A stretch of DNA of 64,000 nucleotides, taken from contig CAVUDP010000002.1 in NCBI GenBank assembly GCA_963740315.1, positions 3,584,001 through 3,648,000 on the forward strand, in the 5' to 3' direction. The position numbers and the translations under genes were made by a program. The notes under the pieces were generated by a model. The model was not told where the DNA came from, ran no database searches, and was given only the letters and a program-made list of their open reading frames with translations. Position 1 is the stretch's first letter, and each line of letters opens with the position of its first letter. Source of the stretch: an uncultured cyanobacterium (GTDB lineage: Bacteria > Cyanobacteriota > Cyanobacteriia > Cyanobacteriales > Nostocaceae). Shown here piece by piece: positions 51,301 through 61,105 of the stretch.

Positions 51301-52335
51301 AACATCAACACTTTCAAAATCGTTTTCTGGTTGATTATGTGTTTCAACTGACCGATCATCAACACGTTCAAAATCGTTTTCTGATTGATTGTGTGTTTCA
51401 ACTGGCTGATCATCAACACTTTCAAAATCTTTTTCTGATTGATTGTGTGTTTCAACATCAACACTTTCAAAATCTTTTTCTGATTGATTGTGTGTTTCAA
51501 CTGAATCAATACTTGAAGAATCAATAGTTTTTACTGTTATTTCATCAGTCGAAGGATTTATATCTTTTGTATAAACTTGAGAAGGTGAGAGATTAGCAAC
51601 ATTTTTGATAAAACCTTCGAGTAACTGTTCTCCTTGCACTCCCTTGTAATGCATTCTTGCTAATGCTTGGGATAAGGAATCGTGATAAGCGTGAATATTG
51701 CGCTGTAGTGCTTCAAAAACAACATTTACCGTACCATCTAAAGCTACCAAACGTTGGTCTAAATCAGTTGTCAATTGTGTTAAACGTTCTACCCGTACTG
51801 ACTCGACTCGATTACCAGGAGGGAGAGCTTTTTGAACATTAACGTTAGTATCACCACCAATATCCGCATCACCCGCGATCGCAATATCATCTGACAAGCG
51901 ATTTTTTAGCACCTCCATAAATTCGGAAATTACTTTCTCTTGCGTTGACAACTGCTGCGTTAGAGAATAATTATGCAGTCGCTTTTTTTCCAGCTCCCGA
52001 ATTTCACTTACCAAATTCGCCCTTTCTTCAAACAGCATTTTCAATTCTGCTTTGAGTGGCTGTATTAACTCAGAAAGCGGATTGTCAGACGATTGTGGTT
52101 TTTGTAAGGATGAATCCTGTCCTCCTTCGATGAATTTTGCTACTAAAGGCGGTAATTGTGCTTGCGTTGAATTACCGCTTTCTGTTTCGCTAACAAGGAA
52201 ATCCCGAATACGCTGTAAAACCTGACGCGGTTCCTCTTGAGAAGAAACAACCCCCCACAAACGCTTACCTTTGTGAGTGAGTAATTTGTCAATGTCTGCA
52301 ATCATGCTTTGGATTTGATTTGCGCGGGAAGTCAC
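48313..52335 (-). CDS. Large protein: N-terminal coiled coil, long acidic disordered linker, C-terminal Hsp70/actin-like ATPase domain
   Basis: LGLDLGTT (phosphate 1), CPSNW, VEEAIA, INIGASTTE, ILSGG. Confidence 0.85.
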   Translation of the reverse strand: MTSRANQIQSMIADIDKLLTHKGKRLWGVVSSQEEPRQVLQRIRDFLVSETESGNSTQAQLPPLVAKFIEGGQDSSLQKPQSSDNPLSELIQPLKAELKMLFEERANLVSEIRELEKKRLHNYSLTQQLSTQEKVISEFMEVLKNRLSDDIAIAGDADIGGDTNVNVQKALPPGNRVESVRVERLTQLTTDLDQRLVALDGTVNVVFEALQRNIHAYHDSLSQALARMHYKGVQGEQLLEGFIKNVANLSPSQVYTKDINPSTDEITVKTIDSSSIDSVETHNQSEKDFESVDVETHNQSEKDFESVDDQPVETHNQSENDFERVDDRSVETHNQPENDFESVDVGFNQDINEKLEVTPDETIDNIEFSQAQEETEDTSITSDLETVISQLEADTENESDRELEQEGFLEIEFPEEEQSEIIEEEIIEEEIIEEEIVQEADAFDSDDKMQAVLSELKKSADTTQSANEDEVDELYASLFDSDNSTTSNPQTPPQQLLTQAIDVEIPATSDFAPAQETQTEKEVVSQEVVFEYAPSSTDETLPTEDVPVGDPWLNGGKGLAQNTPQSNQNPVKTYKRKIQAASEDTVTSLTELLFEEASPLIVTPTPDLESKEIAPAIQQQEEEKSTQRENTEAIATPETKQPIEQPPVITTEKPQLKEITLPITSKNQPNLPQPDRNLDADLEPLTKTEETIGTPEEESSQDTPITSTEVPSLNPSDTVWYLGLDLGTTGISAALLNRSNQQIHPIYWAQENQSSSAPQNWNFRLPAEVYLPKTSLSQDTSEKLAEQNIYSTYLKPYLQISLPYKNISQTTSSEVRQKWEPILQLNEFSTVPLVWILRSLSKLLLTLKSDSNSTTLGLTASAIGIHKEQFSDIINNIAGVICTCPSNWTEQYRFNIRESLLISKLVEHSQQVFFVEEAIASLIGELEGANGEIVKLVSSEKTPPVVTSDSHLLGNTLVINIGASTTEMALVDLPEDLQDLSHNEFMLHGFTCGGKAMEQDIITQLLLPEKWRKSRSIQSDDRDNENNPLHWKPNIPGLEQVRFSSLGLEQLELPRAGEPDISQRIRLQQRLESSPLGKALLDAAIALKLILQHQESFTIELADQRWELQRRDLESQVFVPFVRRINRELNKLLVARGIPTEAINQIILSGGVSSITAISRWLRQKLPSAKIIQEKYLGENGTPACSRVATGLCVLPLHPLVLEIPRQQYTDYFLFTELLRLIPEKALSFGEVIQLFEARGINTRTCQQRLLAFLEGEIPPGLVPSDRDMEWLNQSSVENSNYKAIGASPLFDKQGSLSYRPNLRQLQHLRNYLDAIKASAHQSLEEPYTVNFAVGVAEMG
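51303..51504 (-). repeat. Intragenic tandem repeat encoding VETHNQ(S/P)E(K/N)DFE(S/R)VD, 4 copies
   Basis: 45-54-nt units visible in both DNA and protein. Confidence 0.9.
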
Positions 52336-52979
52336 GTTAGTTTTCCTTATTGTGAACTTTACGGGGGTAATGGCGATGCAGTTAATTTACAACTACTAGC
52401 CTTCGGTTATCTATCAGTTAAGCTGTCTTGCAATTATTGTCAAGACAAAAATACGAAGATGGTAATTTTGCGAAAATGTAGAAAATTGGCGGAGCAGACG
52501 CACGCTGGGAATATTGGATTTGAGATTTAGATTTAGATTTAGATTTTGAATTCAAATTATAAATTGTATCTTTTAGTATTGGATTTGGGGCAAATCCAAT
52601 CGAAACTGAATTTAAAATACTCTGAGGATAAATAAGGGCTGAAAATAATCTCAAGCAAAAGATTAGCAAAAATTAGCTGACTTGAGTATTATTAGTGTTG
52701 TTTGTATTTAACAAAAATTTTGTAGCTTTGCACTGCTGCTAATTCCTGATTAATATAATTTAACGCTACGCAGGGCGGCTAATGGTAAAATTTGTACTTA
52801 GTTTAAACCCGTAAATAGGTTCTCTACAACGCCCCCCGAAAACTGCTTACTTTCACTTTAACGGTGTAACATAGCCATCGTTTTGTTATATTTCCGCTCG
52901 ACTGTGCTTTGATAGTTTGAGCCACTAATTCGTAGCGCAGGAAGGTAATTTGTATTACACCAAAAATCAAAATGTCCCA

Positions 52980-53678
52980 ATGGAAGACAAGTATAGCTTG
53001 CATCCCTCCGCCAAAGAAGTAACGCTCTCAACTCCTTTTTTTGAAGGGCTACCGAAAACCGTCATCAAATCAGCTTTGACTAATCTTGTTAGTCGTTCTC
53101 ACCCAGCAAATCAAGTTATTTTACTAGAAAATGACTGGGGCGGTTCCGTATATTTTATTGTGGAGGGCTGGGTCAAAATTCGCACTTACAATTTGGAAGG
53201 CAAAGAATTAACGCTAAATATTCTTGGTAGAGGAGAATTGTTTGGTGAAATGGCTGCTTTAGATGAAGTACCTCGCTCCACCGATGTCATCACTTTAACT
53301 TCTACTCAAATCGGTAGTTTACCATCGCAGGATTTTATTACATTACTTAATACAGAACCTTTAGCGGGAGTGCGATTAGCTCAGTTAATGGCGCGTCGCT
53401 TAAGACAAGTTAACCGGCGCTTGCGGTTGCGCGAATCGGATTCAGCTTCTCGCGTGGCAGATACTTTGTTATTTTTAGCAGAGGGACAAGGAGTAAAAGG
53501 TTCCACAGGTGTGGAAATTCCCAACTTACCCCATCGAGAATTAAGTAGTTTGAGCGGATTAGCGCGAGAAACCGTAACTAGAGTACTAACTAAGTTAGAA
53601 AAGAAAAAATTGATTAAACGCAATGGGGATGTGATTTGTATTCCCGATTTATCCGCGTTAGAAAAGATGATAGTTTAA
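52980..53678 (+). CDS. crp: Crp/Fnr-family cAMP receptor-like regulator (SyCRP1/AnCrpA type)
   Basis: cNMP-binding FGEMA..PRST and HTH GLARETVTR. Confidence 0.85.
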   Translation: MEDKYSLHPSAKEVTLSTPFFEGLPKTVIKSALTNLVSRSHPANQVILLENDWGGSVYFIVEGWVKIRTYNLEGKELTLNILGRGELFGEMAALDEVPRSTDVITLTSTQIGSLPSQDFITLLNTEPLAGVRLAQLMARRLRQVNRRLRLRESDSASRVADTLLFLAEGQGVKGSTGVEIPNLPHRELSSLSGLARETVTRVLTKLEKKKLIKRNGDVICIPDLSALEKMIV

Positions 53679-53703
53679 CCCCTTACAGAGCGCAACTTTT
53701 CAG

Positions 53704-54435
53704 ATGGATATTCTTAGTTCTTCACCAGACGATAAAGGAGGAAACAATTCCTTTAATCCCCAATCTAACCATTCGGGCGATCGCACTGAAAATCAACATT
53801 TAGCTAGTCCCCAACTTCAAGTTGATGCGCCGTTAAAAATGGTCGAAACGGCATTTTTGGCAAGTACCGCCAGTTTAGTTTGGTTTATTAATATTTATTT
53901 TCCTTTAGGTCTGCTAAAAGTATTCTTTCCCATACCTATCGCTTTAGTTTACCTGCGCTGGAATAGCAGAGCAGCCTGGATGTCAGCTTTAACAAGCGGC
54001 TTGCTGCTATTAGTATTAGTCGGACCAACTAGGAGTCTGCTATTCGTAATCCCCTATGCTTTGATGGGAGTACTTCTAGGTGCAACATGGAAACGTCACG
54101 TTCCTTGGATTGTTTCCATCAGTTTGGCTACCCTTCTCGGTACAATAGGCGTATTTTTTCGTTTGTGGTTACTGTCCGTACTTTCAGGCGAAGACCTGTG
54201 GATTTACTTAATTAACCAAGTAACAAATCTTCTAGAATGGCTATTTGTCAATTTAGGAATCCTTACAACTCCCAACCCCTTCCTAATTCAAATAGGTGCC
54301 ATTCTCTTAATGTTACTTAACAATTTTATATATTTATTCGTAGTACATATAGCAGCATGGTTACTATTAGACCGTTTAGGCAACCCCATACCCCGCCCAC
54401 CGGAATGGGTACAGGTGTTGATGGATTATGAATAA
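53704..54435 (+). CDS. DUF2232-family membrane protein
   Basis: MVETAFLAS, YLRW, GPTR and multiple TMs; lies between crp and cobT. Confidence 0.8.
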   Translation: MDILSSSPDDKGGNNSFNPQSNHSGDRTENQHLASPQLQVDAPLKMVETAFLASTASLVWFINIYFPLGLLKVFFPIPIALVYLRWNSRAAWMSALTSGLLLLVLVGPTRSLLFVIPYALMGVLLGATWKRHVPWIVSISLATLLGTIGVFFRLWLLSVLSGEDLWIYLINQVTNLLEWLFVNLGILTTPNPFLIQIGAILLMLLNNFIYLFVVHIAAWLLLDRLGNPIPRPPEWVQVLMDYE

Positions 54436-54446
54436 TGGAAGGAGAC

Positions 54447-54722
54447 TAAGGGACAAGGAGATGGGGGGATAAGGAGATGGGGGGATAAGGGGAGAGGGGG
54501 TAGAGGGGGTAGAGGGGGTAGAGGGGGTAGAGAATTTTATTGACTTCGGTGGTTCTAACTCCTAACTCTTAACTGCTCACTGTTCACTGCTCACTGCTCA
54601 CTGCTCACTGCTCACTGCTCACTGCTCACTGCTCACTGCTCACTGCTCACTGCTCACTGCTTACTGCTTACTGCTCACTGCTCACTGCTCACTGCTCACT
54701 GCTCACTGCTCACTGCTCACTG
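54447..54722. repeat. G-rich repeats then (CTCACTG) array of ~21 units ending 8 nt before the cobT start
   Basis: Directly visible. Confidence 0.92.
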
Positions 54723-54730
54723 TAAATTCC

Positions 54731-55945
54731 ATGCTCCGCATATATACAAATATTACTCAAGGTGAAGCTTGGGTTGCTAAGTATAAAGGTAAAAAATCTG
54801 CATTTGCTTGCGTTTTAGGTTTCACTGAAACAGGTTTGATTCCTGGGATTTCTGCTGCTGGTAGCACTCCTGAAGACCGAAAGTATACGGCTTTGGCTGA
54901 TGCGGAATTTTTATACTATGGAGCGGATAAAAAAGGACAATATCCCTTACCTCCATTGATTGCGGGTGCGTCTCCGGTGTTTATTACTCGCGCTGTAGTG
55001 GAGGCGCTCTCTATTCGGGTTTATTTATTTAATGCGGGTTTACTCGAAGCGCCAACTGTACCAACTATTGATTTGGAAGGTGTACCGGCTAAATGCTTGA
55101 GCCAAGGTGCGGCGATGGATTTGGCAACGGTACAACATTTGTTAAATCAAGGCATAATTTGGGGTGAAAGACTTGCTCGTAACAAAGAAAACGAATATTT
55201 AGTTATAGGCGAATGCGTTGTTGGTGGAACTACTACTGCTTTAGCAATTTTGACGGGCTTGGGTATTGCTGCTCAAGGCATGGTTAATAGTTCTCATCCG
55301 GTTTGCAATCACGCCCAAAAATGGGAAATTGTTCAAGCAGGGTTGGGAAGATGGGGAGAAAGGGAGATGGGGAGAGGGGGAGAGGGGGGAGATGGGGAGA
55401 TGGGGAGAGGGGGAGAGGGGGAGAGGGGGAGATGGGGAGAGGGGGAAAGGGGACAAGGGGAAATCCAAAGTTTTATAGATCCTTTGCGGCTTGTGGCTGC
55501 GGTGGGAGATCCAATGCAGGTTGCTGTGGCTGGAATGGCGATCGCTGCAAGTCGTGATGGTGGTGTAATGCTTGCTGGCGGTACGCAAATGCTGGCTGTG
55601 TTTGCTTTGGCAAGTGCGATCGCTCAATTTTATAATCTGTCTTGGCAACCGGAAGAAGTTGTTGTTGGTACTACTCGCTGGGTTGCAGAAGATTCTACTG
55701 GTAAAACAACAGAATTAGCCCAGCAGATAGGTAGAAAAAGCGTTGTAACACCATCTCTACTAGCTACTGAGCTATGTTTTAATAATTCTCGTTATATTCA
55801 ATTACAAGCTTACGAACAAGGCTTTGTTAAAGAGGGTATGGGTGCTGGAGGTGCTTGCATTGCTGCCTATTTGAGCGAAAATTGGCAGCAGCAACAGCTG
55901 ATCGAAGCAATTGAAGCTCAATTGGATCGTTATTGGCAAGCGTAG
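54731..55945 (+). CDS. cobT: Nicotinate-mononucleotide-dependent phosphoribosyltransferase CobT (archaeal/cyanobacterial type)
   Basis: PGISAAG, GECVVGGTTTA, GDPMQ, LAGGTQM and VKEGMGAGG motifs; in-frame STRR insert. Confidence 0.9.
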   Translation: MLRIYTNITQGEAWVAKYKGKKSAFACVLGFTETGLIPGISAAGSTPEDRKYTALADAEFLYYGADKKGQYPLPPLIAGASPVFITRAVVEALSIRVYLFNAGLLEAPTVPTIDLEGVPAKCLSQGAAMDLATVQHLLNQGIIWGERLARNKENEYLVIGECVVGGTTTALAILTGLGIAAQGMVNSSHPVCNHAQKWEIVQAGLGRWGEREMGRGGEGGDGEMGRGGEGERGRWGEGERGQGEIQSFIDPLRLVAAVGDPMQVAVAGMAIAASRDGGVMLAGGTQMLAVFALASAIAQFYNLSWQPEEVVVGTTRWVAEDSTGKTTELAQQIGRKSVVTPSLLATELCFNNSRYIQLQAYEQGFVKEGMGAGGACIAAYLSENWQQQQLIEAIEAQLDRYWQA

Positions 55946-56027
55946 AAATTTACGCAGCGGAAGCAGTCCCTAAAGCCGTGGTATTCGTGTCAAAAAGCTT
56001 AAATTTAATTAAATTCAACTATTTTGG

Positions 56028-56408
56028 TTAGGAATGGATTCTCTTGAGTAGTAATTGCTCTTCTAATGCAGCAATGCGATTGTATGCTGCTGTTAGTTGT
56101 GCTGTAAGTCTTTGAATTTGAATATCTGGCGTTAGTTGTTTATCTCCTGCTTCAAGAGTACCGTCTAGATAAACGTCGTCTACTAATACGTCTTTGTGTT
56201 CTAATCCGGAATTTAAACGAATCGATCCCTTTAACTGATAATTTTCCAAATCGCTAACTTTTTCATCGGGCTCTGCACCCTGGCAGGCTTTCGCTAAATT
56301 ACACTCAGCCAAAGTTTGAGAAACTTTACCATCTAACCGCTCAACCACCTGATAAAGGTCGTCGAGCTTATTACTCAAACTCAATACCTGAAGTTTTAAC
56401 TGCTCCAT
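56028..56408 (-). CDS. Conserved cyanobacterial coiled-coil hypothetical protein
   Basis: EHKDVL and QIQRLTAQLTAAYNRIAALEEQLL; GAGG RBS. Confidence 0.8.
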   Translation of the reverse strand: MEQLKLQVLSLSNKLDDLYQVVERLDGKVSQTLAECNLAKACQGAEPDEKVSDLENYQLKGSIRLNSGLEHKDVLVDDVYLDGTLEAGDKQLTPDIQIQRLTAQLTAAYNRIAALEEQLLLKRIHS

Positions 56409-57259
56409 TTAATACCCTCGTTTAATACGTTCATCTATATTATTCTTTCTATTGCTGAAGTTAACTATACTTATGATTTATTTAACCTTTAGGTTTTTAT
56501 TTTATAAGGCGATACTTAATTCATCAATTAGCAATATATCTAAATAATTCATTAGGTAGTTGCTCACCGTTCATGGGTAAAAATCTTAACTTAATATTGA
56601 TGATTTGATAATTTCAAAAGAAGAGCCTAAATATTTTGTGCTGTAACCTATATATATCAAGACTTATCAACAAATATAAATAAAATTTTAACTCTAAAAT
56701 TAGAGTACTTTTAGGAAATGTTTGGGGTATACAATAAAATTGCGAAGACAAGATATATCAAGTCTTTTAGGAATTTTGCTTATCTTTACGGTTGGGTACT
56801 TAGTTGTTAGTTCTAAAGATAGAATTTTTTGTATCTACTAACGATTTTTAGAACTACGGGTACCTAACAATCTTGTGTCAGTTGCTTCTATCTAAAGATA
56901 TAGTTTGATTACTGCGAAGCAGGAATATTGAGTCTAAGATATTACTGATAATTAGTCAGTACTCACAATTAAGTGAAATATTCTGTTACAGACTATATCT
57001 CTATAAAAATAAAATTATAATAATGCTGTCTTAGGGCAAATATCCTCTTGTTTGGCGCTATATTCGTAAAAATCTGTAAAAATTCAGTTTTGGAGCCTAA
57101 TTATTATATTAATTGTGAGAAAAATAAATCAAAAATATCGCAGGATAGATCGTTAAAACTAAAGATATATCAAATACAGTCGCTGGCTATGATGTTGCCA
57201 GTTTGCGTTTCGGTATTAGTTACAATCCTTAAAGCAGTTCTTATCTAAAAATAAAATAA

Positions 57260-58417
57260 ATGCGTAGACGTTCATTTTTGTTCGGTACATCTACAATCCT
57301 TATCTCGCAACTGCTTGTAGGGTGTAATGCTTCCAAACAGCCTCAATTAACGGTACAGGTACTCAAAGGTTCTATTCCAGGAAGGATTCTCAAAGAATTT
57401 CAGAATGAACTTCAAAAAAGTTTGTCTTCTAAGGTGCAGTTAAAATTCTCGCCGGTGGTACAGTTGCGGGAATTATTCGAGCGATTGGAAAGATCGAAGA
57501 AAAACCAAACAGCAGGAAATAAATCTGAAGGCTTTGATATCTCCCGATTGCTTGGCAAATCTCAACCAAAAAACATTGATTTATTCACTTTGGGAGATTT
57601 TTGGTTGAAAGATGCAATAGAGCAGAAACTTATTCAACCGTTGTCTCGCGAAAAGCTGAGTAATTGGGCTAAATTGTCCCCGAAATGGCAAGAATTGGTG
57701 AAGCGGAATAGCCAAGGTTTGGTAGATAAACAAGGACAAATTTGGGCTGCACCCTACCGTTGGGGTAGTACGGTAATTGTTTATCGTCGCGATAAGTTAG
57801 AAAAATTTGATTGGGAATTGCAAGATTGGAGCGATTTGTGGCGTGAAGAATTAAAAGGACGGATTTCTTTACTCAACCAGCCACGAGAAGTTGTTGGTTT
57901 GACGTTAAAAAAATTAGGCAAATCTTACAACACTGAGAATTTACAGGAAGTTCCATCTTTAAAAGAGGAATTACAAACATTAAACAAGCAGGTAAAATTT
58001 TATGATTCAACCGATTATCTCGAACCGTTAGTCATTGGAGATACCTGGTTAGCAGTAGGTTGGTCAAATGATATTGTTTCTATACTTGGACGTTATCCCC
58101 AACTTAGCGTAATTGTTCCAAAGGAGGGAACTGCACTTTGGGCGGATTTGTGGGTACAACCTGTAGGTATTCAAGAAAATTTATCACATGAATGGATTGA
58201 TTTTTGCTGGGAGCCTGATATTGCAAAACAAATCGCATTACTTGCTAAAGGTAATTCCCCAATTTCTACAAATATAAAAGCATCTGATATTCCCCAACAG
58301 TTACAAAAACTTTTATTAACGAATCCTCAATTCGATGAAAGTGAATTTTTACTTCCTTTATCTCAATCAACTACCGAGCAGTATGATTTATTATTTAATC
58401 AAATGAAGACAGGTTAA
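57260..58417 (+). CDS. ABC transporter solute-binding lipoprotein (PotD-like)
   Basis: MRRRSFL Tat motif, LVGC lipobox, PYRWG, WSDLW and PKEGTALWAD. Confidence 0.85.
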   Translation: MRRRSFLFGTSTILISQLLVGCNASKQPQLTVQVLKGSIPGRILKEFQNELQKSLSSKVQLKFSPVVQLRELFERLERSKKNQTAGNKSEGFDISRLLGKSQPKNIDLFTLGDFWLKDAIEQKLIQPLSREKLSNWAKLSPKWQELVKRNSQGLVDKQGQIWAAPYRWGSTVIVYRRDKLEKFDWELQDWSDLWREELKGRISLLNQPREVVGLTLKKLGKSYNTENLQEVPSLKEELQTLNKQVKFYDSTDYLEPLVIGDTWLAVGWSNDIVSILGRYPQLSVIVPKEGTALWADLWVQPVGIQENLSHEWIDFCWEPDIAKQIALLAKGNSPISTNIKASDIPQQLQKLLLTNPQFDESEFLLPLSQSTTEQYDLLFNQMKTG

Positions 58418-58497
58418 AGGTTAAAGGTCTGCATGTCAAAGGTTGATATCAATTATCGATTGTTTATTAATAATTAATAATTGATAATTAATAATTG

Positions 58498-58989
58498 TTA
58501 TAAAAGACCTGTGGTATTCATTTTGATGTTGCACAAAGGTGTAGATAAATCTAAATTACAGGTATAAGTTGCTAAAGGTTCTTTTTCGTAGTTAAAAACG
58601 CGAATATTGTAACCGTAAGTTCGTGCTAAGCTACCTAAGCTATTAACAAAGTTATAGCGTTCTAAATAATCAAGTACGTTCCAAATTTGTTCGTTAACAA
58701 TCAAATCGACTCTTCCCGGTTGAGAATTATTTGTAGGGTATGCTATCCAGTTATCTAAAAGTTTGTTTTCAGATTGTTCTTGCGCCCACCATAAACTAGG
58801 AACGGTTAACTGTTTTTGGGAAATAGTATTGGCTGTAATTATATTATCTCTAGGATTAGTTAATAAATCTAGCTCCAACGGTGCTTGAGAAGGTATAGGA
58901 ATTCGAGATTGCGCTTGGGCAAATTGAACGGGAAATATTGAAAATGTAGTAATACAGATACTAAAAAGTAATAAAAATTGGCGCATCAT
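58498..58989 (-). CDS. Secreted hypothetical protein
   Basis: Signal peptide ending AQA; PSLWW and YLERY segments. Confidence 0.75.
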   Translation of the reverse strand: MMRQFLLLFSICITTFSIFPVQFAQAQSRIPIPSQAPLELDLLTNPRDNIITANTISQKQLTVPSLWWAQEQSENKLLDNWIAYPTNNSQPGRVDLIVNEQIWNVLDYLERYNFVNSLGSLARTYGYNIRVFNYEKEPLATYTCNLDLSTPLCNIKMNTTGLL

Positions 58990-59112
58990 GAATTGTTAAT
59001 AAATAATTTAAAATATATTGACTTGCTTTTGATACAGAAGTGTTCCCTTTTTATTATAATCTTCAAAAATAGTTTTTACGAGTATACAAATTAACTGAAC
59101 AATCTAATTCGC

Positions 59113-59868
59113 CTATCGTATAAAAAAGTAGCAAGTCATACTTAAACCAATGCCGATGATAAAACTGCGTATCCAAAATGGATGTATTTTACGTGCTAGA
59201 GAAGCGCTGCTGTAACCGCCAATAACTGCACCTGAAGCCATGATAATGACTTCAAACCAAAAAATTTTATTTGCAATAGTAAAATAAATAATCGCCGCTG
59301 CATTAATACAGGTTGCTAACCAAGTTTTATAAGCATTCAAAGCGTTGATATTTTGTATACCCATAAGATTTAATACAGCTAACATCAAGATTCCGCTACC
59401 ACCACCAAAGTATCCTCCATAAGTTGCGATCGCTAGCTGTAAAGGCAAAATGATAAATAATGGTAAACGAAAAATAACTGAATTTTGACTGCGTTTATTC
59501 AACCATTTCATCAAAGGTTGACTGACAATAAACAATAGCGTTGCTATCAGCATTAAGTATGGAATTAAAGCGGAAAAATTAGCTGGGGATGTGTGTAAAA
59601 GTAAATAAGAACCAAATATTCCTCCCACAACGCTAACTAAAGTTAGTAACAGTAATGAGTCCTGTTTATTGGAAAATTCGCGACGGTAAGCGACAGTACT
59701 TGCAACTGTACCAAACCAAAGTGCTGCTGCATTCGTAGCATTAGCATTTATTGCTGGTACTCCCGATATTAAAAGCGCGGGAAAAGCAATCAAACCGCCA
59801 CCACCAGCTACACCATTAACGATTCCTGCAAGCAATGATGCGGCGAATAAGAAAATTATTGATTCCAT
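59113..59868 (-). CDS. TauE/SafE sulfite exporter family protein
   Basis: NGVAGGGG, ANATN and YGGYFGGGSG motifs, multiple TMs. Confidence 0.9.
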   Translation of the reverse strand: MESIIFLFAASLLAGIVNGVAGGGGLIAFPALLISGVPAINANATNAAALWFGTVASTVAYRREFSNKQDSLLLLTLVSVVGGIFGSYLLLHTSPANFSALIPYLMLIATLLFIVSQPLMKWLNKRSQNSVIFRLPLFIILPLQLAIATYGGYFGGGSGILMLAVLNLMGIQNINALNAYKTWLATCINAAAIIYFTIANKIFWFEVIIMASGAVIGGYSSASLARKIHPFWIRSFIIGIGLSMTCYFFIR

Positions 59869-59961
59869 GTGAACAAGAGTTAGGAGTTAGGAGTGAGGAG
59901 TTAGGAGTTAAGAGTTAAGAATTTGAAGCTTGTAATTATATTACCTTTAACATGCAGACCT

Positions 59962-60744
59962 TTAACCTATTTTAATTCCTATTATCTGAATGCGTTTATA
60001 GTCTGCAAACCAGTTTCCTTCTTGATATAACTTCGGTTTTAAGTGCTTTTCTACATCCTGAATTACCATTATTTTTTCTTCTTCCGATAACCCTTGAAAG
60101 AAATTTACACAAAACATTTTTATCCAGTTTGCTAAGCCAGCATCTTTGTCTTGTAGTAAAGTTTGACGAGAAAATAATTGACTGTAGGTAACTTCAAAAC
60201 CTTGTTTTTCCAACTTTGAAGCGTATTCAGCAATGCTGGGAAAGTACCAAGGATTTAGATTTGGCGCATTTTTAACGCCAATATTTTCTAATGCGTTATA
60301 TAAAGCTTTAACAATCAATCCAATATTTCCCTTTCCACCAAATTCTGCGACAAAACGACCATTTATTTTGAGGGATTCGCGAATACTGCTAATTACATCA
60401 TCTGCTTGGGGAATCCAATGCAGTGCGGCGTTGGAAAAAATAGCATCTACGGGTTGGGGTAGCTGAAAATTCTTGGCATCGGCAACTTGAAACTGCAAAT
60501 TCGGATAATTTTGCTGTGCTTGCTCAATCATTTCAGATGCGCTATCAATTCCAATTACCTCAGCACCCGCTTCCGCAATTTTCGCCGTTAATTGCCCGGT
60601 GCCGCATCCTAAATCTAATATTCGCTCGTTTGGTTGCGGGTTGAGTATTTGTAGTAAATTTTCGCCGTAGTGCCAAACAAATGCGTGTTTTTCTTGGTAC
60701 AGCAAACTATTCCAATCATTGTTGGATGTTCGTGTTTGATTCAT
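59962..60744 (-). CDS. Class I SAM-dependent methyltransferase (trans-aconitate MTase-like)
   Basis: ILDLGCGTG, GIDSA and FSNAALHW motifs; likely start ATG 60744. Confidence 0.9.
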   Translation of the reverse strand: MNQTRTSNNDWNSLLYQEKHAFVWHYGENLLQILNPQPNERILDLGCGTGQLTAKIAEAGAEVIGIDSASEMIEQAQQNYPNLQFQVADAKNFQLPQPVDAIFSNAALHWIPQADDVISSIRESLKINGRFVAEFGGKGNIGLIVKALYNALENIGVKNAPNLNPWYFPSIAEYASKLEKQGFEVTYSQLFSRQTLLQDKDAGLANWIKMFCVNFFQGLSEEEKIMVIQDVEKHLKPKLYQEGNWFADYKRIQIIGIKIG

Positions 60745-60783
60745 TTTGGTTAAATTATTTGTTTTTACAACAGATTTTGCGAG

Positions 60784-60991
60784 GGAGACGTAGCAGTGCA
60801 TGGAGACGTAGCAGTGCATGGAGACGTAGCAGTGCATGGAGACGTAGCAGTGCATGGAGACGTAGCAGTGCATGGAGACGTAGCAGTGCATGGAGACGTA
60901 GCAGTGCATGGAGACGTAGCAGTGCATGGAGACGTAGCAGTGCATGGAGACGTAGCAGTGCATGGAGACGTAGCAGTGCTACGTCTCTACA
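60784..60991. repeat. Perfect 18-nt tandem array (GGAGACGTAGCAGTGCAT)x10 capped by a complete REP-like palindrome
   Basis: Units start at 60784+18k; the last copy continues as GAGACGTAGCAGTGCTACGTCTCTACA. Confidence 0.97.
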
Positions 60992-61105
60992 TTTATTACT
61001 GTAAAAAATGTTTTGAATTGTGTCCAATACTTATTTGATGCATGATTGATATATAAAAAATATTTACCAATCTAAAATCTAAAATCTAAAATCTAAAATT
61101 GAATA

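Noticed and set aside
49496..51842. Several + strand and alternate-frame ORFs
   Set aside because: Shadows of the 1340-aa gene and its internal repeats
55241..55648. Overlapping ORFs within cobT
   Set aside because: Kept open by the stop-free G-rich repeat
60784..60991. CRISPR array
   Set aside because: Units are contiguous and identical, with no spacers and no cas operon in the window
60681..61038. ORFs encoding (AWRRSS)n, (HGDVAV)n and (ALLRLH)n
   Set aside because: Alternative frames of the 18-nt array with no independent coding evidence
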